Shown here: piece after piece, positions 14,586-27,769 of the stretch | How positions within the stretch are numbered: position 1 is the first letter of the stretch | Layout of the letters: the number at the start of each line of letters is the position of its first letter | NCBI RefSeq assembly: GCF_001194135.2 | Contig: NC_068981.1 | Coordinates: 73,926,773-73,990,772 of the forward strand | Origin: Octopus bimaculoides | Taxonomy: Eukaryota | DNA: 64,000 nucleotides | Direction: 5' to 3' | Position numbers and translations under genes: made by a program | The notes under the pieces: generated by a model | Databases searched by the model: none | The model's input: the letters and a program-made list of their open reading frames with translations, nothing else | What the model was told of the DNA's origin: nothing

Positions 14586-15580
14586 CTGTATTTATTTTTG
14601 CTGATCCTGTTGTGCCAGTCACTATAGATACCAGCTTCTTGCACTAACTCATTAATTATGAGCCAATATAAAAGACTATTACAGTCACTCAACCTGCTAG
14701 AAATAGCAGCCTCAAACCACACCCTACTCTCTAACTAAAGAAGGATATATTAGGTAATGTTGCTTTAGATATATAAAGAAAGGATGGCCACAGCTGAACC
14801 AAGACTAACCTAGGCCTAAATAATAACAACAACCTGATTAACTAACCAGGTCCAGCTGTGACTATGCCTTCTTTTTATATATCTAAAACTACATTGCCCA
14901 GTTATCCCTCAAGTGATTAATATAGTAGTAATCCGAACAGACCCATTCAGCATCTGAGCAATTACCATTAGGGACCTGAAGCAATAGCAACAATAATGAT
15001 ACCGTTGAGGTTGCTGCCACTGCTGTGGATGGGGTTAGTGAGAATGAAGCAATTGATTATGATGATGATGGTGGTGGTGGTGGGTTATAACACGCCAAAA
15101 CACACCTTTTTCCATGATGAAGCTGAATCCAAAATGATAGTAACTTTTCCTCAGTTTATGAGAGTCCTTGATCCGTCATTGTAATCTACACTGACTAACA
15201 TAGGTGTAAAATCCTGGCACCATGCACAAACATTTGAAAAACAGACAACAACAAAGAATAAATCTGAATATTGGGCCTCGTGGACAAAATGATACAGAAT
15301 TGAGATGAATTTCAATAGGTTTCAATACAAATATGTCCAACACAGGCCAGTATAGAAACATGGAGATTAAGAGATGATGGTAAGTTAGGATCTTCTACAT
15401 AAGATGAAAGACCCTACGTTTAGGTAATAATAGGTAATAGCAAACTGGAGAGTGAAACCCTTCCTCTAGGAATGGGTAGATAGTAATGATTCAGTTACTT
15501 ATCATGGGGACTAAGGTACAAATTATGGGGGCTAAGACCGCAGATTACCATAAAACTGGAATTTTTTTTTTTTTTACTAT

Positions 15581-15924
15581 AGGCGCAGGAGTGGCTGTGT
15601 GGTAAATAGCTTGCTTACCAGCCACATGGTTCCGGATTCAGCCCCACTGCGTTGTACCTCGGGCAAGTGTCTTTTACTATAGCCTTGGGCTGACCAAAGT
15701 CTTGTGAGTGGATTTGGTAGACAGAAACGTGTGTGTGTTTGTACCCCAACTATTGCTTGACAACTGATGGTGTGTTTAGGTCCCTGTAACTTAACGGTCC
15801 AGCAAAAATGACCGATAGAATACATACTAGGCATACAAAGAATAAGTCTTGGGGTCGATTTGTTTGACTAAAGACAGTGCTCCAGCGTGACCACAGTCAA
15901 GTGACTGAAACAAAAGAATAAAAG
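15581..15924 (+). mobile_element. tRNA-derived SINE family A
   Basis: aggcgcaggagtggctgtgtggtaa...gactgaaacaaaagaataaaag. Confidence 0.85.
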
Positions 15925-16149
15925 TATGAAGCTACATTTTCTAATTAAGGAGTATGCAGCTAACTACAATAGGTCCTAGTGTATGTATTATTATTGATTT
16001 TATTATTGATCTTAGAAGTTGAAGTTGACACCAAAAGACAGAAAAGTAAACATGTGAATAAATCTATAAAGTAATGCTATTGTAGAAGTACAAGGTTTAG
16101 CCAGCACACACAGTGCAAATGTAAACATACATATATAATATCTCAGTGC

Positions 16150-16443
16150 TGGGATCATTGCCAGTGCCGCTGGAATGGCCCCCGTGCAGGTGGCACGTAA
16201 AATACATCATTTTGAGCGTAGCCGTTGCCAGTACCGCCTGACTGGCCTTCGTGCCGGTGGCATGTAAAAAGCATCCACTACACTCTCGGAGTGGTTGGCG
16301 TTAGGAAGGGCATCCGGCTGTAGAAACTCTGCCAAATCAGATTGGAGCCTGTTGTAGCCATCTGGTTCACCAGTCCTCAGTTAAATCGTCCAACCCATGC
16401 TAGCATGGAAAGCAGACATTAAACGATGATGATGATGATGATG
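16150..16443 (+). mobile_element. RTE 3'UTR copy
   Basis: Near reverse complement of 9214-9500; ends (GAT)n. Confidence 0.8.
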
Positions 16444-17140
16444 AGAGCAAAGAATAAGGAATCAGTCCAACCATCTTTAGTACTATGTAGGATATTCATC
16501 AGGAACTGTAAACCCAACTGTGATTTATTCACAAAGAGTGTGTGTATGTGTGTGTGTGTGTGTGTGTGTAGTGACAATTAGGGACTTCACTAAATTGGAA
16601 AACCTGATTTGTATAAATAGTGTATTATTGGAAGCTAGTTCAATTGATTATTGATATGTTAAAGTGAATGTTTTGGGGAAACTATAATTGCACTAAATAT
16701 GGTAAAGCAATCCAATATTGATTGGCCACACTGCTATGTCTGTTCCTTCATTAGGCAAAAAGTTATTGTTCTTGTATGAGAAGGAACATAACCTTTTGAA
16801 TCAATTCCTTCACATTACTGATGTCATTCAAACAAAATTAGACCACACCTTTCAGGCCAATCAATCTGCTGGATACATAAATCAAATCTCTATACAAAAC
16901 TCTACTTATTAAAAGACAAACAACTCATTGGATAATGCAGATCCTGATACACCAAGTCTGAATAAATAATACGGTGGTTATGGCGGAAATATCTTTAATC
17001 ATAAATCTGTTCTGTCTCAGGGCTGACCTTGGGCTATGACCCAAGGAAGGAAAAGTAAAATTGGCTCTGACAGTATTGTAACTAAGAGAGTTGAAACTAA
17101 ACATTGTGATACATTTAGTCTTGGACACTATTATCTTTAA

Positions 17141-17360
17141 CCCTTTCATTACTGTATTTATTTTGAGATGCTCTGTGTTTCTTTCAATTACTTTAAATGT
17201 AACAAAGAATTTAGTAAAATAACTTAGTTATTATTAAGCTAGTGTCAGGAACATAAATTGTGACTAAGGTTTGGTGGAAGATTTTAATTCAAAACTTATG
17301 AAAACAAGACATTTGTACTCAGAGCCAGAGCTGGTTTCAGCCGGGTTGGTAACGAAAGGG
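17141..17360. mobile_element. piggyBac-type MITE, family 2
   Basis: TTAA|CCCTTTCATTAC...GTAACGAAAGGG|TTAA; 220 bp; interior unrelated to family 1. Confidence 0.82.
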
Positions 17361-17881
17361 TTAATGCAGTAATTTGGTTTATTCATTAAAACATCAAACA
17401 AAAGCCTTGCAGAAATTATTCTGGTTCCTGGCATTCTGTATTCAAATTCTGCACACGTCAACCCTACTTTTCATCATTGCAGAATCTATAAATAAAACAC
17501 CAGTCAAAATCTAGAGTTGATTCTTCTTCCTTTTACTCTCACAGAATCAACTGCACTGCACTAAAATGGGGTCATGGGAAATGGCTCACAGCACCCTCTT
17601 CCTACAAGAAATGGAGTAGAGTTAAGCTAGAGACTAGAAAGCTTTTCTCATGCAGCATGTTATAAAATCTGTCTGGAGACACTATATAACATGTTAGGCA
17701 CAAACTAACCTGCATGCAGTGTTGCATGGAATGGTATTCAGAAAATGAAAAACATCTGTCTTCACTCTCATCACTAGTCTTATATTTGATATTAGGCTAA
17801 ATGATCTTATATTTGAGTCATTTGGTGAGGCTTTTACATGATTATCAACCTGCTATATATTGTGGTCATATCTACCCCTAC

Positions 17882-17915
<34 letters not shown>

Positions 17916-18779
17916 TAAAATGGAATTATGCAGTCCTTGTCACACTGACTAAAACCATGTTGAGATGGTCATGGCAGGGCTGAAACTGAATAAACATGAC
18001 CTCATATTTTTGGTTATCTCCTCATTAAAACAAATTTGCATGACACCTTGGCCAGGTATTTCCTTCTATAACCTCAAGATCACCGAAGTGGTCAGTAGAT
18101 TTGGTAGTTGGAAACTGAAAGAAGGCCATTGTGTATATGTATGACATATGTGCGTGTGTATGTGTATGTCCCCATGTCTTGACATTGCATGATAATTGTA
18201 ATTGAGTGTCATACAAGCAGTGTCATTCATTTCCAATGTTCTCTAAGAACATGTCTGGCTAAGGGGGAAATATATTCTTGTTTAGAAGCAGTGAAAGGTT
18301 GATGGCAGGAAAAGCATCCATCTATCTGATCCATGCAAGAATGGAAAAGTGAATGTTAAATGATAGACTTTAAATGATGCTAAATTGTAATAAGCTTCTC
18401 TTATCAAAGATTGTTAAAATAATTTGTTATGTAGCCACAAGTCTAGAAATTTATGAAGAAGGAACAGAAAACTATACCAACCCCAATATTTAAGAGGTAC
18501 TTAATTCTATCAACCCAAGGTGAAGAAAAAGTCAACCTTAAAAAAGATCTGAACTCAGAATGAAGTGCTAGAAAACACCATAAGGCATTTTATCTGATGC
18601 TCTAACAATTCTGCCAATCCACCATCCTGTAACAGTTAGCATGGTCACCTTGCAAGGAATGTTGAAATAACAATATAGGAGACTCTACTAAAGAGTTATC
18701 TAAGATCTTGAAACCAAGGAAACTAGCAGTGGTCTGCATTGCTAAAAGTTAATCAATATAAATGTTTAGATAAAAATAA

Positions 18780-19460
18780 ATTACAATAATTAATTTGTGA
18801 GGAGTGAAAAATTCAATGTTTCAGATATACTGTGGTTCATATGCTCATATAGAGTTATTAAGTTATTGGAGCATGGGAAGAAGATACTAGAAAAAGTGAT
18901 AGAGTAGTAAATAAGAATGAATGTAAAGTTCAATTAAATATAGTTTGGATTTATGCTGGGAAGAGAAACATCTGGTGTTGAGCATAATGTTGGAAATAGT
19001 ATGACAACAGAAGGTTTAAAATGTATTTTGTTACCCCAGAGACATGTTGAATGGAAAGGGTGGATCAGGCTCAGTGATGGTGGCTAAAATGAAATGCAAA
19101 GGAAGAAGTTCTAAGCACCTAGGAAGAAGTTCTAGGCACCTAGGAAGAAGTTCTAGGCACCTAGGAAGAAGTTCTAGGCACCTAGGAAGAAGTTCTAGGC
19201 ACCTAGGAAGAAGTTCTAGGGGTGCTACAGGAGAAAAGAGTATTGTAAAACCTGAAGAGAAAGAATGAGATGGTTCAAGGCAAGTGTACTGAACAGAGAA
19301 AATCACTGAATGAAAAGAAGGTAAACAATGAATTGCAGAAACAGATGGGAATTGAGCTTGTGATTGATGTTGTAAAGAGAAATGGATGTGGAAGACCAAG
19401 ACAGGAATTACTAAAGATAATAGAGAAAGAAATAGGAACAAGAATGGAATAAAGCAAAAT
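18780..19460 (+). mobile_element. RTE-clade LINE reverse transcriptase remnant
   Basis: YRVIKLLEHGKKILEKVIE; DMLNGKGGSGSV; SLNEKKVNNELQKQMGIE...GRPRQ; many deletions and stops. Confidence 0.7.
19100..19220 (+). repeat. 21-bp minisatellite (AGGAAGAAGTTCTAGGCACCT), about 5.8 copies
   Basis: Near-perfect tandem copies read directly. Confidence 0.95.
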
Positions 19461-20928
19461 GGAAAAAATTAGGGTTCCTGCAAGGTTGGCCCTTCCTTTA
19501 GTAGGGAAAATAGCCATAAATTACTTGTGTTGTTTGAACATTTGCATTTTTCAGATGAGGAAATAAAATATATGTTTACCAGTATCTCAGTTACTAAGAT
19601 GACTTTGCCATTGACATACACAATTACCTGTCTCCAAATCCAAACATCAAGTATCCAAAATACTGGAATTTTTAATTCCTTGCAGCAAAATAACTATTGG
19701 ATTTTATTTTTATCAATAAACTTCTGAAGAGCCAAGTAGGGATGTTAAAAGATGGGAGAAACATTAAATTTACCACACATGCACACAGTTGTGTCTCTCA
19801 ATGTCAAACAGGAGTTAATTATATCATAATTAGTAAGGGAAAAGGCAGTGAGCTGGCAGAATTGTTAGCATGCTGGATGGAATGCTTAGTGGTATTTCGC
19901 CTGCCTCTACATTCTGAGTTCAAATTTCACTGAGGTCAACTTTGCCTTTCATCCTTTCAGGGTCAAGAAATTAAGTACCAGTGAAACACTGGGGAAGTGG
20001 GGTGGTCGATATAATCAACTAGTTCCCTCCTTCAAAATTTCAGGCCTTGTACCAAAAGTAGAAAGGATTATTAGTAAGGGAATTAAGGCAATGAGCTGGC
20101 AGAACCGTAAGAACAGCAGACAAAATGCTTAGCAGCATTTCATCTGTCTTTATGTTTTGAGTTCAAATTCTGCTGAGGTTGACTTTGCATTTCATTCTTT
20201 CAGGGTTGATAAAATAAGTACTAGTCAAATACTAGGATCAATGTAATCAACTTTCCTCACCCCTCAAAAACTGATGGCCTTGTTCCAAAATTTGAAACCA
20301 ATTATTAGTAAGGGAAATCTCAACAGCAAAATAAGATTTAAACCTTTTCTATCCTTTGAATCATTATAAAAGAACAACTAAGGTTTTTACAATTATTTAT
20401 AAATGCATGACATTACAATAACCTTGACCAGAATGTAATTTATTACACAAACAGATTTGAAAGATTTTGTACCTGTGAACCTTGACTTAGATAATCTTTT
20501 CTAACAATACAAATACATAATATCTAAAACAACACTGACAAAAAGTTATGTCAATGAAAAGAAAACCAATCAAGTCTCAAACAAAATTAATAAAAGTAAA
20601 CAAAGAAACCAGTTGACCAGATTGATAGGGTGTCACATTATTGACCAGAAGGTGGACAGTTTGTAGCCTATCATCAACAATGCCAATAAACAGCTCAATT
20701 AGTTTCCATGTTGTTAGCTCAGTTCACCTAATTGCAAATAAATACATCACATATTTCAAACAGACGAGCTATTGCCATAACACAGGAATATCTATTTTTA
20801 TTCAGTTACGAATCTCAGGATATTGGACTAAGACCAAGCTGGGGCATCACATTCAAGGACATAGATGATTATATTGGCCCTAGTACTCATTTTATCAACA
20901 ACAGATGAGCAAAGGTAACATGGACTTA

Positions 20929-22139
20929 TCAGATCATCCTATAAGTTCTGTCCGATTTTACCTTTTTTAAAATTGAATGAAATTTAATAGTATTTTAGAA
21001 TGTCTAATGGAATTTAAAATTATTTTTATGCATTTGTGTACATTTAAACTAATTGACTATTATTTTACAGAATAAGAGAATTAAAATTTCTTTGATTAGA
21101 ACCCTATCTAACATGGAAGTGTCTAAAGAGCATTTAAGGCACATAATACTTTATGAGTACAAAAAAGGAAACTCTGTAGCCAAAGCGACTCGAAACACAC
21201 ACTCAGTTTATGGGAAAGAATGCTTGAATGAAAGAATGTGTAGAAGATGGTTTGCATAATTCAGAAGTGGAGATTTCAGCCTAGAAGATGAAGACCGAAC
21301 AGGACGTCCAGTTGAGTTTGATGATAAGCTCTTTGAAGCATTACTTGAAGAAAGTCCTGCATTATCAGTTGAAGAATTGGCAATAAAGCTTAATTCAAAC
21401 CATACAANNNNNNNNNNAAAGTCCTGCATTATCAGTTGAAGAATTGGCAATAAAGCTTAATTCAAACCATACAACTGTTCATCGTCATCTTCAACAACTT
21501 GGAAAGGTTCCTAAACTTGGAAAATGGGCACCTCGTGAATTGTCTGAAAGCAACCACACATCTCAAGTTGACATCTGCTCTTCTCTCCATTCTTGCGAAC
21601 TCATTTCACCCTTTTTGGATAGACTTGTGACTGGTGATGGAAAATGGATCTTCTTGTGAAATGTTAAACGTTGCAAAACAGTGACTTGGTAAAAGGGAAA
21701 AAGCTCAACCACAACCGAGAAGGGAACTTCATGGGAAAAATGTTCTTCTCTCTATCTGGTGGGATTGCAAAGGAGTAATTCACTTTGAATTGTTACTACT
21801 TAATGCAACAATCAATGCTCACATCTACTGTCAGCAATTAGAGCATTTAAACCAAGCTTTGAAGAAAAAAAGACCCACTTTAGTAAATCGAAAAGGAGTG
21901 GTGTTTCATCAGGACAATGCGCGACCCCACACTGCAAAGATCACATCACAGAAGATCGAAGAGCTTGGTTGGGAAAAAATTCCTCATCCACNNNNNNNNN
22001 NNNNNNNNNNNNNNNNNNNNNNNNNNNNNNNNNNNNNNNNNNNNNNNNNNNNNNNNNNNNNNNNNNNNNNNNNNNNNNNNNNNNNTGATCACTTGTTTTC
22101 TTTATTCAAAATTCGGACAGAACTTATGGGATGACCTGA
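20929..22139 (+). mobile_element. Mariner (Hsmar1/SETMAR-like) DNA transposon, full length, inactivated
   Basis: TIRs TCAGATCATCCTATAAGTTCTGTCCGA / TCGGACAGAACTTATGGGATGACCTGA flanked by TA (20927-28, 22140-41). Transposase from ATG 21113 reads MEVSKEHLRH...RTGRP...FLDRLVTGDGKW...FHQDNARPH, with in-frame stops and a frameshift. Confidence 0.93.
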
Positions 22140-22329
22140 TAGATGGGAACTGAACACAGAACAAAGTATTTCCATTAATATTCTACTTCAAGTTCATCTA
22201 TGAGATGGGAGTAAGCAATGAGAAAGCAATATGCTTTAAGTGATCTATCAGGAGTAGGCAACAACAAAGTAGTAATTTCCATGTGATTGATCCATCAACA
22301 CTATATATATATATATATATATAATACAT

Positions 22330-22624
22330 ATCACCATTCGAGCATGGTCGGTGCCAGTGCCACCTGACTGGCTCCCGTGCCAGTGGCACATAAAAAGCAC
22401 CATTCAAGTATGGCCAGCACCAGTACTACATGACTGGCCCTCATGCCAGTGGCACGTAAAAAGCATCCACTACACTCTCAGAGTGGTTGGCGTTAGGAAG
22501 GGCATCCAACTGTAGAAACTTTGCCAGATCAGACTGGAACCTGGTGAAGCCTTCTGGCTTGCCAGCCCTCAGTCAAAACGTCCAACCCATGTCAGCATGG
22601 AAAGCTGACGTTAAACAACAGTGA

Positions 22625-22628
<4 letters not shown>
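22330..22628 (+). mobile_element. RTE 3'UTR copy
   Basis: Contains cactctcagagtggttggcgttaggaagggcatcc; ends gacgttaaa...gatgat. Confidence 0.8.
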
Positions 22629-22669
<41 letters not shown>

Positions 22670-22833
22670 NNNNNNNNNNCTATTCTGCTGAGGTCAACTG
22701 GACCTCTCATCCTTCTGAGGCTGCTAAAATAAGTACCAGCTGAACACTGGGGTCAATGCAATCGACTTACCCCATCCCCTGAGTATGCTAGCCTTGTGCC
22801 AAAATTTGAAACCAGTAATATATTTATATATAT

Positions 22834-23010
22834 ATCCAAATTGAGCAAATGCAGCAAGTAAAACCCAGACTACATATGATACATAGCAAGCAGAACCTCA
22901 TTAGTAATAATTACTCACAACTTTGTTGAGTAATTATTATTCACAAGGTTCTGCAAGCTAGGAAGCATATGTAGTCTGGATTTTACCTGCTTCATTCACT
23001 CAATCTGGAT
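22834..23010. repeat. Approximately 177-bp imperfect palindrome (long hairpin)
   Basis: The left half pairs with the right half across nearly the whole length, with a very small central loop near 22920. Confidence 0.9.
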
Positions 23011-23284
23011 TTTTATTTGCATTCATAGCAACCCATAACTAACCATGAACTATAAAAATACATTTAAAACTAGTTATTTTGCTTGTTATAAAAATACTTT
23101 TTTCAGCTTATTGAAATTTGATATGCGAAAAACTGACAACCCTCTACACCAATAAACTATTAAAGTTCTCAAAAGTTGTTTTTTATACCTATCATGGACT
23201 GCTTGCAATTTACTAATTTCCTATGCCTAGATACTTGGATCTTACAATTACATATCATTTTATATATATATATATATATATATC

Positions 23285-23995
23285 CATCATCATCATCATT
23301 ATTTAACGTCTATTGTCCATACTGGCATGGGTTAGACGTTTTGACTGGGCTGATGTGCGGGAATGCAACAGCAGACTCCAGTCTGATTTGGCATGGTCTT
23401 TTTACAGCTGGCTGCCCTTCCTAACGCCAATCACTCTGAGAGTGAAATGGATGCTTTTACGTGCCACAGGCATGGGCACCATTTGTGACACCAAGATGCT
23501 TTTACCTGCCAATTTGCATGACACCAGTATCTGCCACAACTGCGATTTTTGAGTCTTCTCAAGCATGACATAATGCCAAAAGTCTTGGTCATTGCCTGTG
23601 TGAGTCCCAACACTCAAAAGAAACTCAGTCACTTTGCCTCCGTGAGGCCCAATACTTGAAAGGAATTCAGTCACTTTGCCTTCATGAGGCCCACAGTTCA
23701 AAAGGTGTTCTTTATGGGCAACCAGCACAGGTGCACTTTGCTTGATGGGTCATCTCAAGCACAGCACAACGTCAATTGCATCTGTGAGGCTCAAAGTTCA
23801 AAGACCAAGCTTCACTACCTCTACTACAGGTTCTAGCTCTACCACAGGTTCCCTCCACAGTTAGAGATCGGCACTTCTTTACACAGCTGTCCTTGTCCAT
23901 ATGCATCACATGACCATAGTTGTCTCTCTTGCACACCACATCTAATGCCTCTTGTGCCTAACTTGTCTCTCAAGATGCTTACACTCTGCTGAAGC
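23285..23995 (-). mobile_element. RTE LINE 3' end: ORF C-terminus, repeat-bearing 3'UTR and (GAT)n tail
   Basis: HVMHMDKDSCVKKCRSLTVEGTCGR reading, an approximately 43-bp tandem unit, then the shared 3'UTR ending CGTTAAAT...GATGATG. Confidence 0.75.
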
Positions 23996-24147
23996 ATATA
24001 CATATCCTCATTGTTTTAGCATCCACTTTGCCACATTTACATGGGTCCAATGGAATTTATTGAGGCAGATTTCCCATGGCAAGATACCTTTCCTGTTGCT
24101 AACTCTCACCTGTTTCCAGATAAGGTATTACTTTCATGTGGGTGTGC

Positions 24148-24193
<46 letters not shown>

Positions 24194-24314
24194 NNNNNNN
24201 NNNNNNNNNNNNNNNNNNNNNNNNNNNNNNNNNNNNNNNNNNNNNNNNNNNNNNNNNNNNNNNNNNNNNNNNNNNNNNNNNNNNNNNNNNNNNNNNNNNN
24301 NNNNNNNNNNNNNN

Positions 24315-24359
<45 letters not shown>

Positions 24360-25444
24360 GTGGTGGGGTCAAAACAACCCAGCAAATATGAAAAGGAAGA
24401 GATAAGAATTAACCGATAAACTTAGATGAGTAAAACTCAAGAACATTCAGTTAACACGCAATACACATGCAGACCAAGTTGTGACCCACCAAACTTACTC
24501 ATCAATTTCCAGTAAGTTAAGCACCTTCCTTGAGTCATTCCCATTCTGCTTTAACTCTTTTACACCCGTTTTTCCCATGCTTTCTTACAATTATTTTTAC
24601 AGTAAGTTGCTCTTCTGACTGTTAACCACTCAAAAGTAAAACAGAGCATTTGTTTTTATTCTGTGTCAGTCATGCAAACTGGAGCGCACCAAATTGTGGT
24701 TTACATAATTCCTAGTTACAACACAATAACTATAGTAAAACATATTAGTAATGCAACTAAACAAACCAGTACTATGAAAAGCAAAGAAAAAAAAAAGAAA
24801 GAAAAACTAATAGGAAAAAAATGTTTCAATGAACAATTGCTGAACCTTTAAGTGGGGGCGGGGTCTTTTCTATGACATTAAATGGAATACTTATAATCTC
24901 TGTTCTGTATAAACTGCCAATCTTCCACAATAGCTAATAATCTCAAGAGAACTCCTGTGAATAACTAATGTAACATTATTAGTATTATCGATATTAGAAG
25001 TTGGTGACTGTTCAGTGCCAGGTCAGATCTCATTGAGCAAACTTTGTGGCTTGTATGGTTAGGAAGTTCAAAACCACCTTATCATCACAAACCTCAGCAT
25101 CATTTAACAATCGCTTTCCATGTTGGCATGGTTTGGACTATCCTGCACAAAAAACACTTTCAGCCAGTGTTTTTCACCATAACTTCCAGCTGACCTATAT
25201 ACTGCCTGAGTGGAATTTAGTAGAAGCCTATTGTATATGTGCAGGTATATGTATAACCCATGACAGCATGAAAAGTGGAAAGATGATGATGATGATTATG
25301 ATACCCACACACACATGTATCATCATCATTTTTATGTCTACTTTCCCATGATTGCATGGGTCAAATAAAATTTGTTGAGGCAGATATTCTTTGATCTGAT
25401 GCTTTTCCTGTTGCCAACCCTAGCTTGTTTCCAAGCAAAGTAAA

Positions 25445-25670
25445 ATTTACAGTTAGTCTGATGTGAAGCATATGGATAAGGACAGCTGTATAAAGAAGTT
25501 CCGATCCCTAAAAGTTAATGGAACTTGCAGAAGAGGGAGACCCAGGAAGATATGTGACAAGATGGTAAAGACTGATCTCAGGACCTTGAACCTCATGGAG
25601 ATGACAAAGGACCAAGGCAGCTGGCAATATGCGGTTCTCGAGAAGATCTACACATATCAGAATAACTGAG
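25445..25670 (+). mobile_element. RTE LINE ORF C-terminal remnant
   Basis: HMDKDSCIKKFRSLKVNGTCRRGRPRK...KTDLRTLNL...W..AVLEK. Confidence 0.7.
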
Positions 25671-26414
25671 TTCTAACAGAGGTCTGAGTGTGTGAGCACA
25701 GTTGGCCCCTCTGTCCAGTTCCCTTTCTGGTCAAGACATCCACCACTCATCACCTCCCTAACCACAGTTACTCTTTGATACCACTTGTTAGCCACTGACA
25801 TTCATTACTCCTGATCTTCATCCATATCTTTACTAATTACCACCACCCTCACTGTGCCACCAAATTCTCTCTCCTGTCCCCCTCATACATTGCACATTCC
25901 TCTCTTCCCCATCCACTCCCGCAACCTACCCAACAGCAGGTCAGCTTTCTTTCATCCTCCTTTTCACTGTATCATTGTCTCTATCCTGCTGTCCCACACC
26001 AGATATCCCCAACTCCCTCCACTCACTTCTGGTACCCATTCCTACTCACTTTGTGAAGGTCCACTTTGACACCTCAACACCAATTTTTAGCTCTCCACTT
26101 TCTTCTAAAATGAGAGTAGTTGTGTAGCTTCCCTTCAGTAATAAACCTGGTTGCTCTGGCCCTTTTCTTTCATGCTTTATACATCTCTATTCCTTGTTTT
26201 CCCACCCCACTTGCAAACTAAATGGTAACCTCACTCATAGTGGTGGGATGAAAAACAAAAAGCACCTAGCACACACTGTAAAGTAGTTGGCATAAGGAAG
26301 AGCATCCAACCAAACAACCCATGGCAAACAGACACTGGAACATAATGTGGTTGTTAGGCCCATCAGATCCTATCAAACCCTCTAACCCATACTGGCAAAG
26401 AAAATGGACATTAA

Positions 26415-26641
26415 CCTTTTAGCATTTAAACCAGCCACATCCTGCCAAAATATTCTGACTCTTTTATGTTTAAATTGGCCAGATCCAACTTCTCACGCCT
26501 ACCTTACAATATCATTCTAAAAATATACAATCACATCATTGAATGAAATCTTTAAACTATAAGATATTGCATAAATAATTCAAAATAATGTGAATAAATA
26601 AGCATTACATTTGACAGAGATCTAATCTGAATGTTAAAGGG
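26415..26641 (-). mobile_element. piggyBac-type MITE, family 1
   Basis: TTAA|CCTTTTAGCATT...AATGTTAAAGGG|TTAA. Confidence 0.8.
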
Positions 26642-26938
26642 TTAATTGATAATACTGAGTTCAGAGATTTTTTTTCAATGAAAATTGCAAACAATACTAT
26701 TTGTGTGATGGCATTATTTCTTTACAATTAGTGTACAATATCAAGAAAAGGACAACATGTACATTCACACACATACATAAGCATATAGTACAATAAACTG
26801 TTGCAGCTAAAAGACATTCAACTGTCTAGCATCCATACATTATGTCACATACATAGTTTCTGTCACTACATTTTCTACAGCTATGACAGTGGTCTCTGCC
26901 CTCCTTATCTAGCAGTTTTCATACTATCAGCTCCTTAA

Positions 26939-27149
26939 CCCTTTTTAGCAGCCAGGTTACTCTGCCAAATTATCTATTCACACTGTTTTGAATTAATGCA
27001 TTATCTCATAGCTTTGAGATTTTGATGATATGATTGTTTATTTTTAGAATAACATGGTAAAATAGGTGTGACAGACTGGATCTGGTCAGTTTAAACTTAA
27101 AACAGTTAAAATATTTGGGCAAGATACAGTAGGTTAAAATGCTAAAGTG
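26939..27149 (+). mobile_element. piggyBac-type MITE, family 1
   Basis: TTAA|CCCTTTTTAGCA...AATGCTAAAGTG|TTAA. Confidence 0.75.
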
Positions 27150-27769
27150 TTAAACCACCTAACAGTCTCTTTCTTCAGACAGACACAAAAAAAAAAGCAA
27201 TAGAGCAATCTCATCGTCATTTAACATCCATTCTCTATGATGGGTTGGATGGTTTGACAAGAGCTGGCAAACCAAAGGGCTGTGCCAAGTTCTGTTATCT
27301 GTTTTGGCATGGTTTCTATGGCTGAATGCTCTTCTTAACCTCAAAGTCAGACAAAATCACAAACATACTTAAAACACCAAGGGCCTGAAGAAATCAAAAC
27401 ATTCACTGGAGACAACTACTCATACCAACATTGCTAAATTTCACAGATCTTGAAACTGGGAAAAAAATTATAAAACAGTTCTACAAAATCCCAAGTGAAG
27501 TAACATCTTAAAGAGTTTACCACCTTTGTATGAACACTGGGAAAATTCTATTCCATAAACTCCCTCTCCACATCATAACATGGACTCAGACCACTACATT
27601 CAACCAGCAGGTAACAGCTTTCAGTTATTCTGGCTCAAAGTCTCCCTCTCTCATTGCCTTAAATATATCTGCTCTCGCTTTGATAAGATCTTTCTCTGTG
27701 TTGAGAATACATATTACCTCTTCCTTCTTTGAAGTCCAAAGTGATTTCAATGCAATGGTGTTGCCCTAA

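Noticed and set aside
19100-19220. CRISPR-like array
   Set aside because: Contiguous tandem units with no spacers, in a eukaryotic context.
21349-21470. Apparent internal duplication in the mariner transposase
   Set aside because: Identical sequence on both sides of a 10-N gap, typical of an unmerged contig overlap.
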